Shown here: in pieces, positions 1 through 12,085 of the stretch
How the letters are laid out: each line of letters opens with the position of its first letter
How positions within the stretch are numbered: position 1 is the stretch's first letter
Origin: Chiloscyllium plagiosum
Taxonomy: Eukaryota
DNA: 64,000 nt
Direction: 5' to 3'
NCBI RefSeq assembly: GCF_004010195.1
Contig: NC_057749.1
Span: 14,419,142 to 14,483,141, forward strand
The notes under the pieces: generated by a model
Databases searched by the model: none
What the model was told of the DNA's origin: nothing
Seen by the model: the letters and a program-made list of their open reading frames with translations, nothing else
Translations under genes and position numbers: made by a program

Positions 1-1740
1 TTTAAATTATAACACGAATTTCCCATTTCAGGCTGATTAGTGATATTCACACAATGGAGACTGAATGGCAGTAATAAATAACTTCAATTTATGCAATGTT
101 TTTCATGTCTGCAGCACTTGACAACCTTAATTACTTCTGAACAGCAGTTATTGTTGTTACAAGAGGACACAAAGCTGCCAATTTATGTACAGCAAGATCC
201 AACAAAACTCAAATCAATTAATCTCTCGTCTGTACTTTTGGTTACAGGTTGACATCCCTAGCCTTCCTCAAATAACAGAGCACTTGACATTCACCTGAAC
301 AAGCAGACTCTTTGTGTTATCATATCCAAAACACCCCTAACCAACTTGCAATTCCAGCAACACCCCCCAACTCCCAAGTACTCCACTGAAATGTCAGCCT
401 AATTTAAGCACTTAAATCCTGTACGATACTTTACAATATACACAAATACCTCTGAATTGATGCTAAACTGGTTTTTCACACACTTACATCATCCTGAAAG
501 CACAACAATCCACCATGTACGTGGAAGATGAACCATTTATGTTGAGTACGAAAATCCAGACTGCAAGCATAATTTGATTACTCCACAAGGTAACTCTACC
601 TTTTAACGTACTGTTAAAATCTTTCACTGAATGGAAAGTATGGGTCTGCCTTTAGGGTATGCTTGTGGTTAGCTGTACAGTTAAATTATCTGCGGCAACA
701 TTTCAGCCAACCCAACAGTCAGAAGATATTGAAGTGAACTAAGCATAATTAACATTAGTTACAATGATGTCTCTGCCCTCAAATGTGCACTAATTTAATA
801 GGAAATGCTATTGACTTAATCTGAAAGGAAGATTAATTGCTTCAGCAGTTAACAACATCTGAAACAGACATAGTCTGTTATCCTTAAAGCTACTTCTGTT
901 GGTCATTGTCTCAAAAATAAGCACTTTTAGTCTATCCAGTATAAGGAAGTAAATCAAGGCATAAGGATTCAATATTAATTACTAAATTGCAGAAATAGAA
1001 TTATCAGCTGGCTGCACGTCTAATAAGTACGAAGCGCTCTTGCACTGTTCTGAAATGCAAATGCATCAAGTCCCATGCAACAGTATGCAACGGTTTGTAC
1101 ATATTAAATAGGCTGAATGAATTAAAGTAATTTATAGATAGTCTTATTAAAAAAAAACAAATTTTTGATTAATGGAATGAATTTCAGCACTTTAACATCC
1201 TACACCTACATTCCTCAACTTCAGCTCCTTATGCATCCCCACTTTCATTGGCAGATGGGTCTTAAGCCATCTCAGCCTTAAGGTCTGGAATTTCCTCCTC
1301 AAATGTTTTTGCTTTGCTACATCTCTCTTCTCTCAAGATGTTACATAAAAATTACTCCTTTTGGCAAGGATTGGGCATGTCCCATTGAGTGTCTGGCTGA
1401 TTGTCAACATTTACCTATCTATTCATGCTGAGAAAAGTCTTGGGAGATTTGTTAATTTAAAGCTCCATCAACATGGAAGTTGCTAGGGTGGCAGTCCAAT
1501 ATCATGGCAGACATGAATGAAATAAATATGCATTTATACTTCATCATTAGACCTACGGTAGTATTGTTTTTTGGGTTTGCTACATGTAATTTGTTTACTA
1601 ATGTCAACAGTGGTTTACAAAAACATTTGTGTATTAGCAGGGGCATCGTTAGGTCTTGAACATCCCTTTATGGGAAAATGCACAGCCTAGGGAAAAGCTA
1701 TCCAACAGGTTGGATTTGGATTTAAATGGCACGTTCCTTT

Positions 1741-2090
1741 AGAATCATAGCATGGAAATAGACCCTTCAGTCCAACTCATCCATGTCAACCAGCTATCCT
1801 AAATTAATCTAGTTCCATTTGCCAGCATTTGGCCTATATCCAACTAAACCCTTCCTATTCATATACTCATCCAGATGCCTTTCGAATGCTGTAATTGTAC
1901 CAGCCTCCACCACTTCCTCTGGCAGCTCATTCCATACACATACCATCCCTAGTCTAAGAAGGTTGCCGCTCAGGTCCCTTTTAAGTCTATCCTTTCTCAC
2001 CTTAAATCTATGCCCTCCACTTTTGGACTCCCCCACCCTAGGGAAAACACCTTTGGCTATTCACCTAATCCCTGTCCCTCATGATTTTAT
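1741..2090 (-). mobile_element. CR1-type LINE 3' fragment
   Basis: Minus-strand ORF2 C-terminus (GHRFKVR...VWNELPEEVVEAGTITAFERHLDEYM) plus 3' UTR. Confidence 0.9.
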
Positions 2091-2580
2091 ACTTCAGAAT
2101 AAGTAGTGGCTGTTGGTCAATAAGTGATTTTTTTTTTACAATTCTTAACATAACAAATGAGCAAGTAACATGTTAAGTATCAGAGATGTATTGCTGAAAT
2201 TTGTTATCATTTTGAGAACTTGAGTAAGTCAGGTACAATGAGATGTCAACTACATTTATGAAGGATAGTCCAAAGCTTCAGCCATGCTATTCACCTATGG
2301 AACATATGTTAAATTTTCTCCTCCTTTCAGAGAGGAACAACTCATTCCACTTCCCAACAGCTATACGAAAGATCTTGAACCTGGGCTACCTTCACCTTTA
2401 GGTTATTCACGATGATATAATCTAATCATTGTAACAAATTAATTCAGTAATATTGATGCCATTTGAGTTAGTTACAGCACCATCTTGACTTGGAATGGTG
2501 TCGCCATTCATTTACCATTCCATTGAAAAAAATCCTGGAACTCCCAAACAGTACATTACACTGACTGCAGCAATTCAAGG

Positions 2581-2925
2581 TGGTGGCATGATGGCTCAGT
2601 GGTTAGCACTTCTGCCTCACAGCACCAGGGACCCAGGTTCAATTCCAGCTCAGGTGACTATGTGTGTGGAGGTTGCACATTTTCCCCATTTCTACATGGG
2701 CTTTCTCTAGTTCTTCCAGTTTCCTCCCACAGTCTAAAGATGTGCAGGTTAGGTGGATTGGCGATGCCAAATTGCCTATAGTACCCAGTGATGTGCACGC
2801 TGGGTGGATTAATCATAGGAAATATAGGAACAGAGTAGGGGGATAGGTCTGGAGGGGATGCTCTTTGGAAAGTTGGTGTGGACTCGATGGGCCAAATGGC
2901 CCACTTCCACACTGTAGGGATTCTA
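2581..2925 (+). mobile_element. tRNA-derived SINE (HE1/V-SINE-like)
   Basis: A box (tggctcagtggttagca), B box (ggttcaattcc), V-like core and CR1-like tail. Confidence 0.9.
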
Positions 2926-3821
2926 CAATTCTCAAGAGCAATTAACAATGTGCAACAAATGCTGGTCTTGCACAGAATATAATAAAATAGCAAATTCCCA
3001 AAGCAAAAGTATTCATATTGAAACAAATAATGCTACACAAAACATGTGCAAAGACAATCTGATTTTATAATCAGCCAAATAATGTACTTTTCAGAAGACA
3101 GACTACACTGAAAATTATGTCCGTAATTGAAATTTACAAAGTATTCTTGTTGCAAACTGCTGTACAGTTAGTGCCAAAAGCCCTCAAGACACACTGTATG
3201 TAATGTAAATCAACAATTGGTATAACATTTACAAGCATAAAATCATGTCAAGCATATTAAATTGATAGCTAGACATAGTCCACCTACTTTGCTTCTCTTA
3301 ATGTCTAGCAAAAGTGTTAGTTTAATTCAGATATTATATGATAATAGCTATCTAAAAATATGCAATAAGTTTTGAAGTTTGCTGAATAGTTCTGCAGTAG
3401 TTCAATGGGTAATTGGAACACATGGCATGGGGAACCACAGCTTGTCTTAACATCCTTGAGCCGGTGAAGGGATGAAATCAATCTGTGGCTAGTACTTTTA
3501 CTGCTGATTAATTACATTGGGCTACAGTGTATGCAGAACGAAACACAATGTGTACAAGTATTCTTACCATTGTTGCCTGAACCTTAAAGCGTACTATTGC
3601 TACAAAACTAACTTCACAGAATTACAATTTATAACACAACAAAGGCTTGCTCCCATTTTAACTTGTTCTTTCACAGACAAGCTATTGTGATATATAACAA
3701 TGGGCAACAAGCCTAAGTTTATGTGATTTCACAAGCAGTGACAGCAAGATTTAACTGAAAGTGTTTATGCGCAAGCTGCAAGAGCATCTAATCTGAAGTT
3801 TGGGCAGTAAATTCAATAGGG

Positions 3822-4267
3822 TCAATCAAGTTCATCAGGTACAACCTGTCCTTTACAAATCACTTAAGCTCAATTAAAATTTATTGTATTCCAACTCTGC
3901 ATCTATGACTCTATTGGAATTATTGGAGAGAGTGAGGACTGCAGATGCTGGAGGTCAGAGTCGAGAGTGTGGTGCCGGAGAAGCACAGCAAGTCAGGCAG
4001 CATCTGTGGAGCAGGAGAATTGTCGTTTCAGGCTTAAGCCCTTCATGCAGGGCATATGCCCGAAATGTCGATTCTCCTGTTCAGATGCTGCCTGACCTGC
4101 TGTGCTTTTCCAGCACCACACTCTCGACTCTGACCTCCAGCATCTGCAGTCCTCACTCTCTCCAATAGATCCAATAGAGTCATAGATGCAGAGTTGGAAT
4201 ACAATAAATTTGTAATTGAGCTTAAGTGATTTGTAAAGGACAGGTTGTACCTGATGAACTTGATTGA
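3822..4267. repeat. About 445-bp near-perfect palindrome centred on a Penelope-type palindromic mini-element (about 3926-4162)
   Basis: 3822 onward reads as the reverse complement of the sequence ending at 4267; centre near 4045. Confidence 0.95.
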
Positions 4268-5560
4268 ATTTTTTGGAAGAGGTGCAATACAAAGCACTGT
4301 GCAGGGGAATGAATATGCAAGTTATCTATGTAAACACCCAGAAGGCAACTGTTAAAGCATTTCATAAGAAACTGTTAGCTAAAAGCCAAGATCATAAAAT
4401 CAAAAGTAAATTATTGAAGTGGTTAGGAACTTGGCTGAACGGCAACAGAATGACAAATGAGACCCGTACACTCATTGGCAAATTGTGACTAGTGGTGTCC
4501 TGCGAGGATCTGTGATGCAACCTCAACTATTCGCTATATTTAACAAACAACTTAGACAAAGAGGTATGCAAATACCACATATCCAAGTTTCCCAATTGCA
4601 CAAAAGTAGGTGACTTAGTAAACAATGCAGCTGGAAGCATGGACGGAGATTTTAATAGATTTAGTGAACTGGCAAAACTGTGGTAAATGGATTTCAAGGT
4701 AACGAAAGTGAGATCACCTATTTTGGACCGAAAAGCTGGAAACATTGAATATCTGGAGTCTTGGAGGTCCCAGTACATAGATCATTAAAATATCATGAAC
4801 AAGTACAGGAAACAATCAAAATGTCTAATGAAATGCTGGCCTTTGTACATACAGGACTAGAACACAAGCATTGATTAGACAATATCTGGAGTACGGTGAA
4901 CAGTTCTGTGCAACACCACTCATGAAGAACAGGTTGGTATTGGTGTGAGTACAGCACAGATTTATCAAAACAATACCTGAACTCCAAGGGTTAAAATTTG
5001 AGGAGCCATTAGACAAACTATGGTTGTATTCTCTGGAATTTCAAAATTTATGGGGCAATTTCGTATTTTAAAGATATTTAAGGGAAAACAGATAATAGTC
5101 TTCATTGGACAAACTAGAGCACAGCCAGAGAATTTCTAAAAGCATGGCATTCATCCATGGACTGCATCAACAAACACACAGACCTCAACCCAATATTCCA
5201 GCCACTACAATGGATAACCAGAATCAGCAACCAGAAGCAGCAGGAATGGAACCAAATAAATTCCAGAAGATACAGTACAGCAGCGCTTCACAGGAGGCTC
5301 CAAAACACTAAAGGTGTCACCTAAACAGGGGATGAAACATCTGCAAATCAACTTCCCAGCTCAGCAAACATACCTACAACTATAGAAAGCAGATAAGTTA
5401 GATAGAAACGATTTCTGCTGATTGAGACATCTAGGACTGGGGAAGGGGATGGGACGGGGTAAGAAGGGAGGTGGAGAGACAGTGTCTAAAACACAAACCA
5501 GAACTGTCAGAAGTGAAATTCGGGAACACTTCCACATTCAAAGTTTAGAACTCTCCTACA
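4225..5560 (+). mobile_element. Old degraded CR1 LINE ORF2 remnant, interrupted by a Penelope fragment
   Basis: Remnants of NLIEFLEEV, SGVLRGSV and LEYGEQFCA-like motifs with stops and frameshifts. Confidence 0.75.
5100..5382 (+). mobile_element. Penelope-like element 3' end (ORF C-terminus plus decayed hammerhead)
   Basis: Translates REFLKAWHSSMDCINKHTDLNPIFQPL, followed by ACA-CTAAAGG-T-GTC..GAT-GAAA-CA-TC-TGC near 5305-5344. Confidence 0.75.
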
Positions 5561-5577
5561 AATGTCAAACAACTTCT

Positions 5578-5958
5578 TTTTAAATTAATGGGATATGGTC
5601 ATCACTGGCCAGACCAGCATTTAATATCCATTCCTAATTGCCCAGTGGGTCTGAGGTCACATGCAGGTCAGACCAGGTGAGAGCAGTAGGGTGGGTTACT
5701 CTTTGGAGGGTCATTGTGGACTTGTTGGACCGAAGGGCCTGTTTCCACACTGTAGGGATTCTAATTCTAATTCTAAAAGGATATTAGTGAACCAGCTGGG
5801 CTTTTGCAACAATTGTCAGTGGTTATAAAGATTATTAAACTAGGTTGTTTTTGGCGAACTCAAATTGTGTCATTTGCACCAATGGGATTCAAACCCATGG
5901 CCCCAGAACTTTACTCTGGGGTTTTTAATTACTAGTCCGTGACATTATCACTGTGCCA
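5578..5958 (-). mobile_element. Deu-domain SINE (SacSINE1/AmnSINE1-like) with a SINE tail nested at about 5690-5775
   Basis: Deu core motifs (gtcacatgcaggtcagaccagg; ggatattagtgaaccagctggg) and a tRNA-like head on the - strand. Confidence 0.7.
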
Positions 5959-6090
5959 CATCAGTCCCATTTAACTTTTTTTTTGAAAACTGACATTGAT
6001 AACAACTTTGCTTAACAAAAAAATCTCAAGGACACAGGACAAAGATGAGTATATGCAATTAAGTTCAGATCATTCATGATCTCATTGAAT

Positions 6091-6715
6091 TAAGATTAGA
6101 TTAGATTAGATTCCCTACAATGTGGAAACAGGCCCTTCAGCCCAACAAATCCACACCAACCCTCCGAAAAGTAATCCACCCAAGATCCATCCCCCTGCCC
6201 TATATTTACCCCTGACTAATGCACCTAACACTATGGGCAATTTTACCATGACCAGTTCACCTAACCTGCACATCTTTGGACTGTGGGAGGAAACCTAAGG
6301 GGCTACAGAATAAAGTGCAACAGTAAACTTAAGTGCCAGGGTAATGAACTATTAATCACAGAATACCTACAGTGCAAGTAGAGGCCATTCAGCCGATCAT
6401 TCTGTACCAGCCCTCCAACAAGCATCCAATCCAGACCCACCCACCAACTCTATCCCTACATCTTCGCTTTTACCATGGCTAACCCACCGAGCCTGCACAT
6501 TGCTGGACACTATGGGACAATTTAACATGACCAAATCCATTTAACCTACACACCTTTGGACTGTGGAAGGAAACCAGAGCACCCAGCAGAAACCCAAGCA
6601 TACATGGACAGAATGGGCAAACTGCACACAGACAATTGCCCAAGGCTAGAGTCAAACCTGGGTCCCTGGTGCTGTGCTGCAGCAGTGCTAACCACTAGCC
6701 ACTGTGCCACCCATG
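6091..6715 (-). mobile_element. Two HE1/V-SINE-like copies (about 6091-6295 partial, about 6360-6715)
   Basis: Reverse complement of the SINE at 2581, with a (ttaga)n tail. Confidence 0.85.
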
Positions 6716-7027
6716 AGCACCACAGTGAAAGAGAAAGAACTTCCCATCTGAATAACGTTTACTTATATTTTTAAAAAATTAAATGAATGAACTTTTAATT
6801 TCACACTAAATAAGACCATCAATTACTTAAACATACGAAATAAGGAGAGTAATTCAGATGAACATTCTTCGATGGAAGGACATATTCTTTTCACCCCATC
6901 AATTATTTGCTTGACAGCTGCTTGTGGCTTGAAAGTTAATCATGTCGGTACACATTTTCTCAGAGCAAAACACAAGTTGCCTAATATCTACCAATCACTA
7001 TTAGGTGGAATGCAAGAAACACTAGAA

Positions 7028-7415
7028 GAGGTGACCTTATAGAGGTTTACAAAATTATGAGGGGCATAGATAGGATAAATAGACAAAGTCTTTTCCCTGG
7101 GGTCGGGGAGTCCAGAACTAGAGGGCATAGGTTTAGGGTGAGATGGGAAAGATATAAAAGAGACCCAAGGGGCAACTTTTTCACGCAGAAGGTGGTACGT
7201 GTGTGGAATGAGCTGCCAGAGGATGTGGTGGAGGCTGGTACAATTGCAACATTTAAGAGGCATTTGGATGGGTATATGAATAAGAAGGGTTTGGAGTGAT
7301 ATGGGCCGGGTGCTGGCAGGCAGGACTCGATTGGGTTGGGATATCTGGTCGGCATGGACGAGTTGGACCAAAGGGTCTGTTTCCATGCTGTGCATCTCTA
7401 TGACTATGACTCTAT
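7028..7415 (+). mobile_element. CR1 LINE 3' fragment, relatively young
   Basis: GDLIEVYKIMRGIDRINRQSLFPGVGESRTRGHRF... with a ctatga-type tail. Confidence 0.92.
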
Positions 7416-8708
7416 TTTGACTCTAAATATAAATTAATTTGAATTTAATACATTGAAGCCAAGTCCAGTGTTCATTTCCACAAACTTCACATTGCATTTG
7501 AAGCAGCATTGCCAAGGTGGGGCAAAACGCAATGGGAATCAAAATGCAGTCCACATTTTTTTTTAAAAGTCATTTTTCTTGTTGATTTAAAAATACATAA
7601 TACATAGCAATAGATTGATTTCGTATCCCACTTGTGGAACTGACCTTAATTACTCCATCCAACCACTCAATATATATTTAATTCCACACCTCATCATCTA
7701 TGTGGTACATGCCTGCACATAACGGGTCTATGGTAACTAATTATCACCGATGTAAGTGTCAAATGTGGTATGCCTTTAAAAACTGATTTGGTTTAAATTA
7801 TTATTGTTATAGAAACCGGTGATATAATTCCTGTTTTCAGTTATTCCGACACAGATCTATTTTTCAGATGTTAATTCGATTTAAGCATAATTTTGTCTCA
7901 GATTCGATTGGAAAGAGCAACCACTGTAAATTCTAAATTGTCACGTTTTAAACACCCTCTTGTTGCGAAGTAAATGATTTAATGCCGCACTTCCAATATT
8001 CCAGTCAATGTGCTACATCGAGCTCAAACCACGCAACACAAAAACAAAGAATGAAAATAATATTAAACTTGACAATAGAGAAGTATAGAATATCCGATTT
8101 TTGCCCAAAAACGGGCATCTAAGCTCTAACGAAACCTAAATGTTACTTGCAGTTTTCAAAATATTGGAATATAACGTTATGAACGTAAATAGAACTTATA
8201 ATGTCGTGCCTCCACGAGAAAATAAGACATTTGCTGTATACAATCTTATTCCCAAAACTATTTGAAGCTGTAGCAGCCTGAGAGCAACAACATAGTCAAG
8301 GAACTGAACTCTGTCCCGACGATATTCGAGAAAATAAAACAATCAATTCATATTTTAAAGTCTCAAGACAAAATAAATATATATTTTTAAATAGACTTTT
8401 TTAAAAACTTCAAAGGGTTATCACTTAGTTGGATACGAGTCCCTAATCAGTACCTGAAAGCAAAGATGACCGCTTCTTAACTGATCATACACATCAAAAA
8501 GAACAGTAAATCCAAGAATACCCTCTGGTTATATCAAGGAGGGGGTGTTGTTTGACAGTACAAACAACAGATTGCCTTTTCAGAGTTTAAAAAAAAAGTT
8601 TGCCAGAGTTCCAGAAATGGTCTTTAACTTTGCAATCCGAAATCAAAGGCGCCAGCAGACTTCCTTAAAACGTCTGGGAAAGAAAATATCCATTTCCAAT
8701 GATATCTT

Positions 8709-8728
8709 CACACACACACACACACACA
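8709..8728. repeat. (CA)n microsatellite
   Basis: Direct reading. Confidence 0.9.
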
Positions 8729-8940
8729 TATAAAGGGTGCCAGTATGGGAGTGTGCCACATTGCCGGCCGCTGGGTTAAGGACTGAGGGGGCCGACTCCC
8801 TGATTGCAGCTTCTCCCGCCGCCAGGATTCCCCCTCTCACACAGGCTTGGCTGAACAACTTCCAAAGTAATTCCTTCTTAAAAATAAAAGACTGTCACTA
8901 TCACCAGCGGGTTCAAGGAGATAACAGATTCCAGCCTTAC

Positions 8941-9180
8941 CTGAGCACAGGGATGACGGCTGATTAAGGAGGGGACTGGGGCAAGGTTGATGGTTTTTTT
9001 TATGGTTTTGATCTGTTTTAATCTCTACATGGCACTTCTCTCCCTTTCTCTTCCCCTCTATGTTTTTTTTGAGCTGCCCACCAGCCGCTCAACACTCTCC
9101 GACTGAAAACACTGGCGCGCGCACTACCCGCAGCGTGCATTCAGAAGCGCGGACGCTGTCACGGACACGGCGCCGCAAAG
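8941..9180 (-). other. Probable non-coding first exon of a divergent gene (likely PEAK1 by synteny)
   Basis: Minus-strand donor CAG|GTAAGG (plus strand ccttac|ctg at 8940/8941) directly downstream of a CpG/GC-box promoter. PEAK1 is head-to-head with HMG20A in mammals, but no PEAK1 coding sequence is visible here. Confidence 0.55.
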
Positions 9181-9610
9181 GTGCGTGCACGTCACCAAGC
9201 CCACAAAGCGCGCGGGTCGGGTTTTTTTTTTCCCCCTTAGCCTCGCCCCTCCTTCTCGGCCCAGACCCCGCTCCAACCTAGCCAGTCCCGCCCCTTACGA
9301 CACAAATCGCCGCCGATCCCGCCTCCTCGCTGCCAGTCCCGGCCCGATCCTCACGAAACCCCGCCTCCTCGCTGCCAGTCCCGCCCCCTTCGTGTTGCGG
9401 TCCCGCCCTTCCATTGCTGACTCCTTACGTACCGCGGTCCCGCCCTTTCATTACCAGCCCCGCCCCATTTGACCCACTAGCCCGCCCCTTCGGTGTCAGC
9501 CCCGCCCCTTCAATGCAATTCTCTTCCCTCCGACCCTCAGCTCCGCCCCCCCTCGTAAAACTGCCACGCGCGATGTGGCAAAAATTCAAATCAGGCGTCC
9601 CGAGCCCGAC
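9110..9610 (-). promoter_or_regulatory. CpG island promoter with an array of co-oriented GC boxes (Sp/KLF sites)
   Basis: About 12 CCGCCC/CCGCCT-type motifs between 9244 and 9551, and high CpG content. Confidence 0.8.
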
Positions 9611-9654
9611 GTTCTGAACTGTTATTCTTGGGGGGGGGTTGAGGGAGAGATTAA

Positions 9655-9860
9655 GGTCAAGTCTTACCAGACCATGGGGTTGCTCCCTCATTAGTGAGAG
9701 ATGGCTGGAGGTGGTTTAACATGAGGATCACCATGCCTCAGGCTAGGACTAGGCTAAAAAGAGAGCACTTCACTGGTAACCTTAACTGGTACAGAGAATT
9801 AAACCCACGCCATTGGGTCTCACTAAATCACAAACACAAAGTTCAACTCATTTGAACCCC
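9655..9860 (-). mobile_element. tRNA-derived SINE of a different family; a related copy lies on + at about 17112-17340
   Basis: The two copies share reverse-complement similarity (gcctgaggtgtggtgaacctcagg...ctctctaatga...tatggtctggtaa) and a tRNA-like head. Confidence 0.6.
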
Positions 9861-10011
9861 CTGAGGGAGGATACAATGGGGTGGGTGGATTTGGAGTTGA
9901 ATAATGATCAGTTATTGAGGGGAGTTGACAATCTGGTGTTATTGTCATTGGATTAGTATTCCAGAGAAAAACCAAAAGAACTGCAGATGCTGGAATTCAG
10001 GAACAACGATC

Positions 10012-11000
10012 GATGCTTGGTCCATTACTTTTCATTATTTATATAAATGATTTGGATGTGAGCATAAGAGGTACAGTTAGTAAGTTTGCAGATGACACCA
10101 AAATTGGAGGTGTAGTGGACAAGGAAGAAGGTTACCTCAGATTACAACAGGATTTTGATCAGTTGACCAATGGGCTGAGAAGTGGCAGATGGAGTTTAAT
10201 TCAGATAAATGTGAGGTGCTGCATTTTGGGAAAGTAAATCTTAGCAGGATTTAATGGTAAGATCCTAGGGAGTGTGGCTGAACAAAGAGACCTTGGAGTG
10301 CAGGTTCATAGTTCCTTGAAAGTGGAGTTGCAGGTAAGATATGATAGTGAAGAAGGCATTTGGTATGCTTTCCTTTATTGGTCAGAGTATTGAGTACAGG
10401 AGTTGGGGGGTCATGTTGCAGTCGTACAGGACATTGGTTAGGCCACTATTGGAATATTGTGTGCAATTCTGGTCTCTTTCCTATCGGAAAGATGTTGTGA
10501 AACTTGAACACGCTCAGAAAAGATTTACAAGGATGTTGCCAGGATTGGAGGATTTGAGCGAAAGGGAGAAGCTGACTGGGCTGGGGCTGATTTCTCTGGA
10601 GCGTCGGAGGCTGACGGGTGACCTTATAGAGGTTTATAAAATGATGAGGGACATGGATAGGATAAATAGACAAAGTCTTTTCCCTGGGGTGGGGGAGTCC
10701 ACAACTCGAGGGTATAGATTTAGGGTGAGAGGGGAAAGATATAAAAGAGACCTAAAGGGCAATGTTTTCATGCAGAGGATGGTACTTGTGTGGAATGAGC
10801 TGCCAGTAGAAGTGGTGGAGGCTAGTACAATTGCAACATTTAAAAGGCGTCTGGATGGATATATAAATAAGAAGGGTTTGGAGGGATATGGGCTGGGTGC
10901 TGGCAGTTGGGACGAGATTGGGTTGGGAGATCTGGTCGGCATGGACAAGGTGGACTGAAGGGTCTGTTTCCATGCTGTACATGTCTTTGACTTTATGACT
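10012..11000 (+). mobile_element. 5'-truncated CR1 LINE (RT C-terminal half and 3' end)
   Basis: LGPLLFIIYINDLD...SKFADDTKIGGVV and ORF 10341-10958; frameshifted. Confidence 0.95.
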
Positions 11001-11164
11001 AAATTGCTGGATAAAACTCAGCCGGCGTGGCACCATCTGTGGAGAGAAATCAGAGTTAACGCTTGAAGTCCAGTGACGCTTCTACAGAACTGGATACTGG
11101 ACCCGAAAGGTTAATTTCTGATTTCTCTCCATAATTTCTGAGCTTTTCCAGCAATTTCTGTTGT

Positions 11165-12085
11165 AGTATTAGAGACCTAAGTAATTCAGACCTGATTTCC
11201 AATTCCACCAAGCAAATGTTTGGAGTTTGAATCAAATCAAAAGCTACAAGTAAACGTCTAATGAAAACCATTGTCAGTGGTTCATTAATGCTGTTTAGGG
11301 AAGGAAACCTCACCTGGTCTGGCCACCATATGAAACTAACATAGCCATGTGGTTTACTCTTAACTTCCCTCTTAAATGGCCTGGTGACACTGTGAAGAAG
11401 GGTCACTGCACTCAAAACATTAAATCTATTTTCACGGCACAGATGATGCTAGACCTGCTGAGTTTTTCCAGCAATTTCTATTTTTGTTTTAGCAAGTCAC
11501 CGAGTTGTATCAGCTGTTACAAAGGAAAAAGGAATGAAATCGGAAGGACCATCTGGCATTCACTAAGGCACCAAAACAACAGCAACAAAAACAGATTTAT
11601 TAGACCTGCAAAGTTGCCCTGACCTATGGGGTCTAGTGTCAAAGTTGGGAGAGCTATCTCACAGATAAAGCCTGACATAATCTACTCATGGAATCATAAC
11701 TTAAATGCAATGTCCCAAATTGCACCATCACCACCCTTAGCCATACCCTAACTCACTACCAGGACAGACTCAGCAGAACTGGCAGCACAGTGGTATACTG
11801 TTGAGAGCTGCCCTGGAAGCTATCCATATTGACTGTGGAACTCATGATGTCTCATGGCATCAAGTCAAGTATGGGCAAAGGAACCCTCTGCTGATTACCA
11901 CACAGCACTTGCTTAGCAATAGCCTGCACACTGACACTCAGTTTGGATTCTACCAGAGCCAATCAGCTCCTGAACTCATTACAGCCTTAGTCTAAACATG
12001 GACAAAAGAGCTAAATTCGAGAAGTGAGGTGACAATGACTGCACTTGACATCAAGGCCACATTTGACTTGAGTGTGGCATCAAAG
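11165..12085 (+). mobile_element. Deu-domain sequence followed by internally deleted LINE ORF2 (endonuclease N-terminus and RT)
   Basis: Deu core at about 11270-11390, then LWGLVSKLGELSHR..PDII, SWHQVKYGQRNPLLITT and QFGFYQSQSAPELITALV*TWTKELNSRSEVTMTALDIKATFD. Confidence 0.7.

Noticed and set aside
3884..4297. Mirror-image ORFs on both strands (also 59173-59466)
   Set aside because: They are by-products of palindromic repeats with no protein-family signal.
1..8940. PEAK1 coding exons
   Set aside because: No convincing coding exon was found on the minus strand; the gene identity rests on synteny alone.
10341..10958. Longest ORF in the track (205 aa) as a host gene
   Set aside because: It is the C-terminal part of CR1 ORF2 in a truncated, frameshifted copy.
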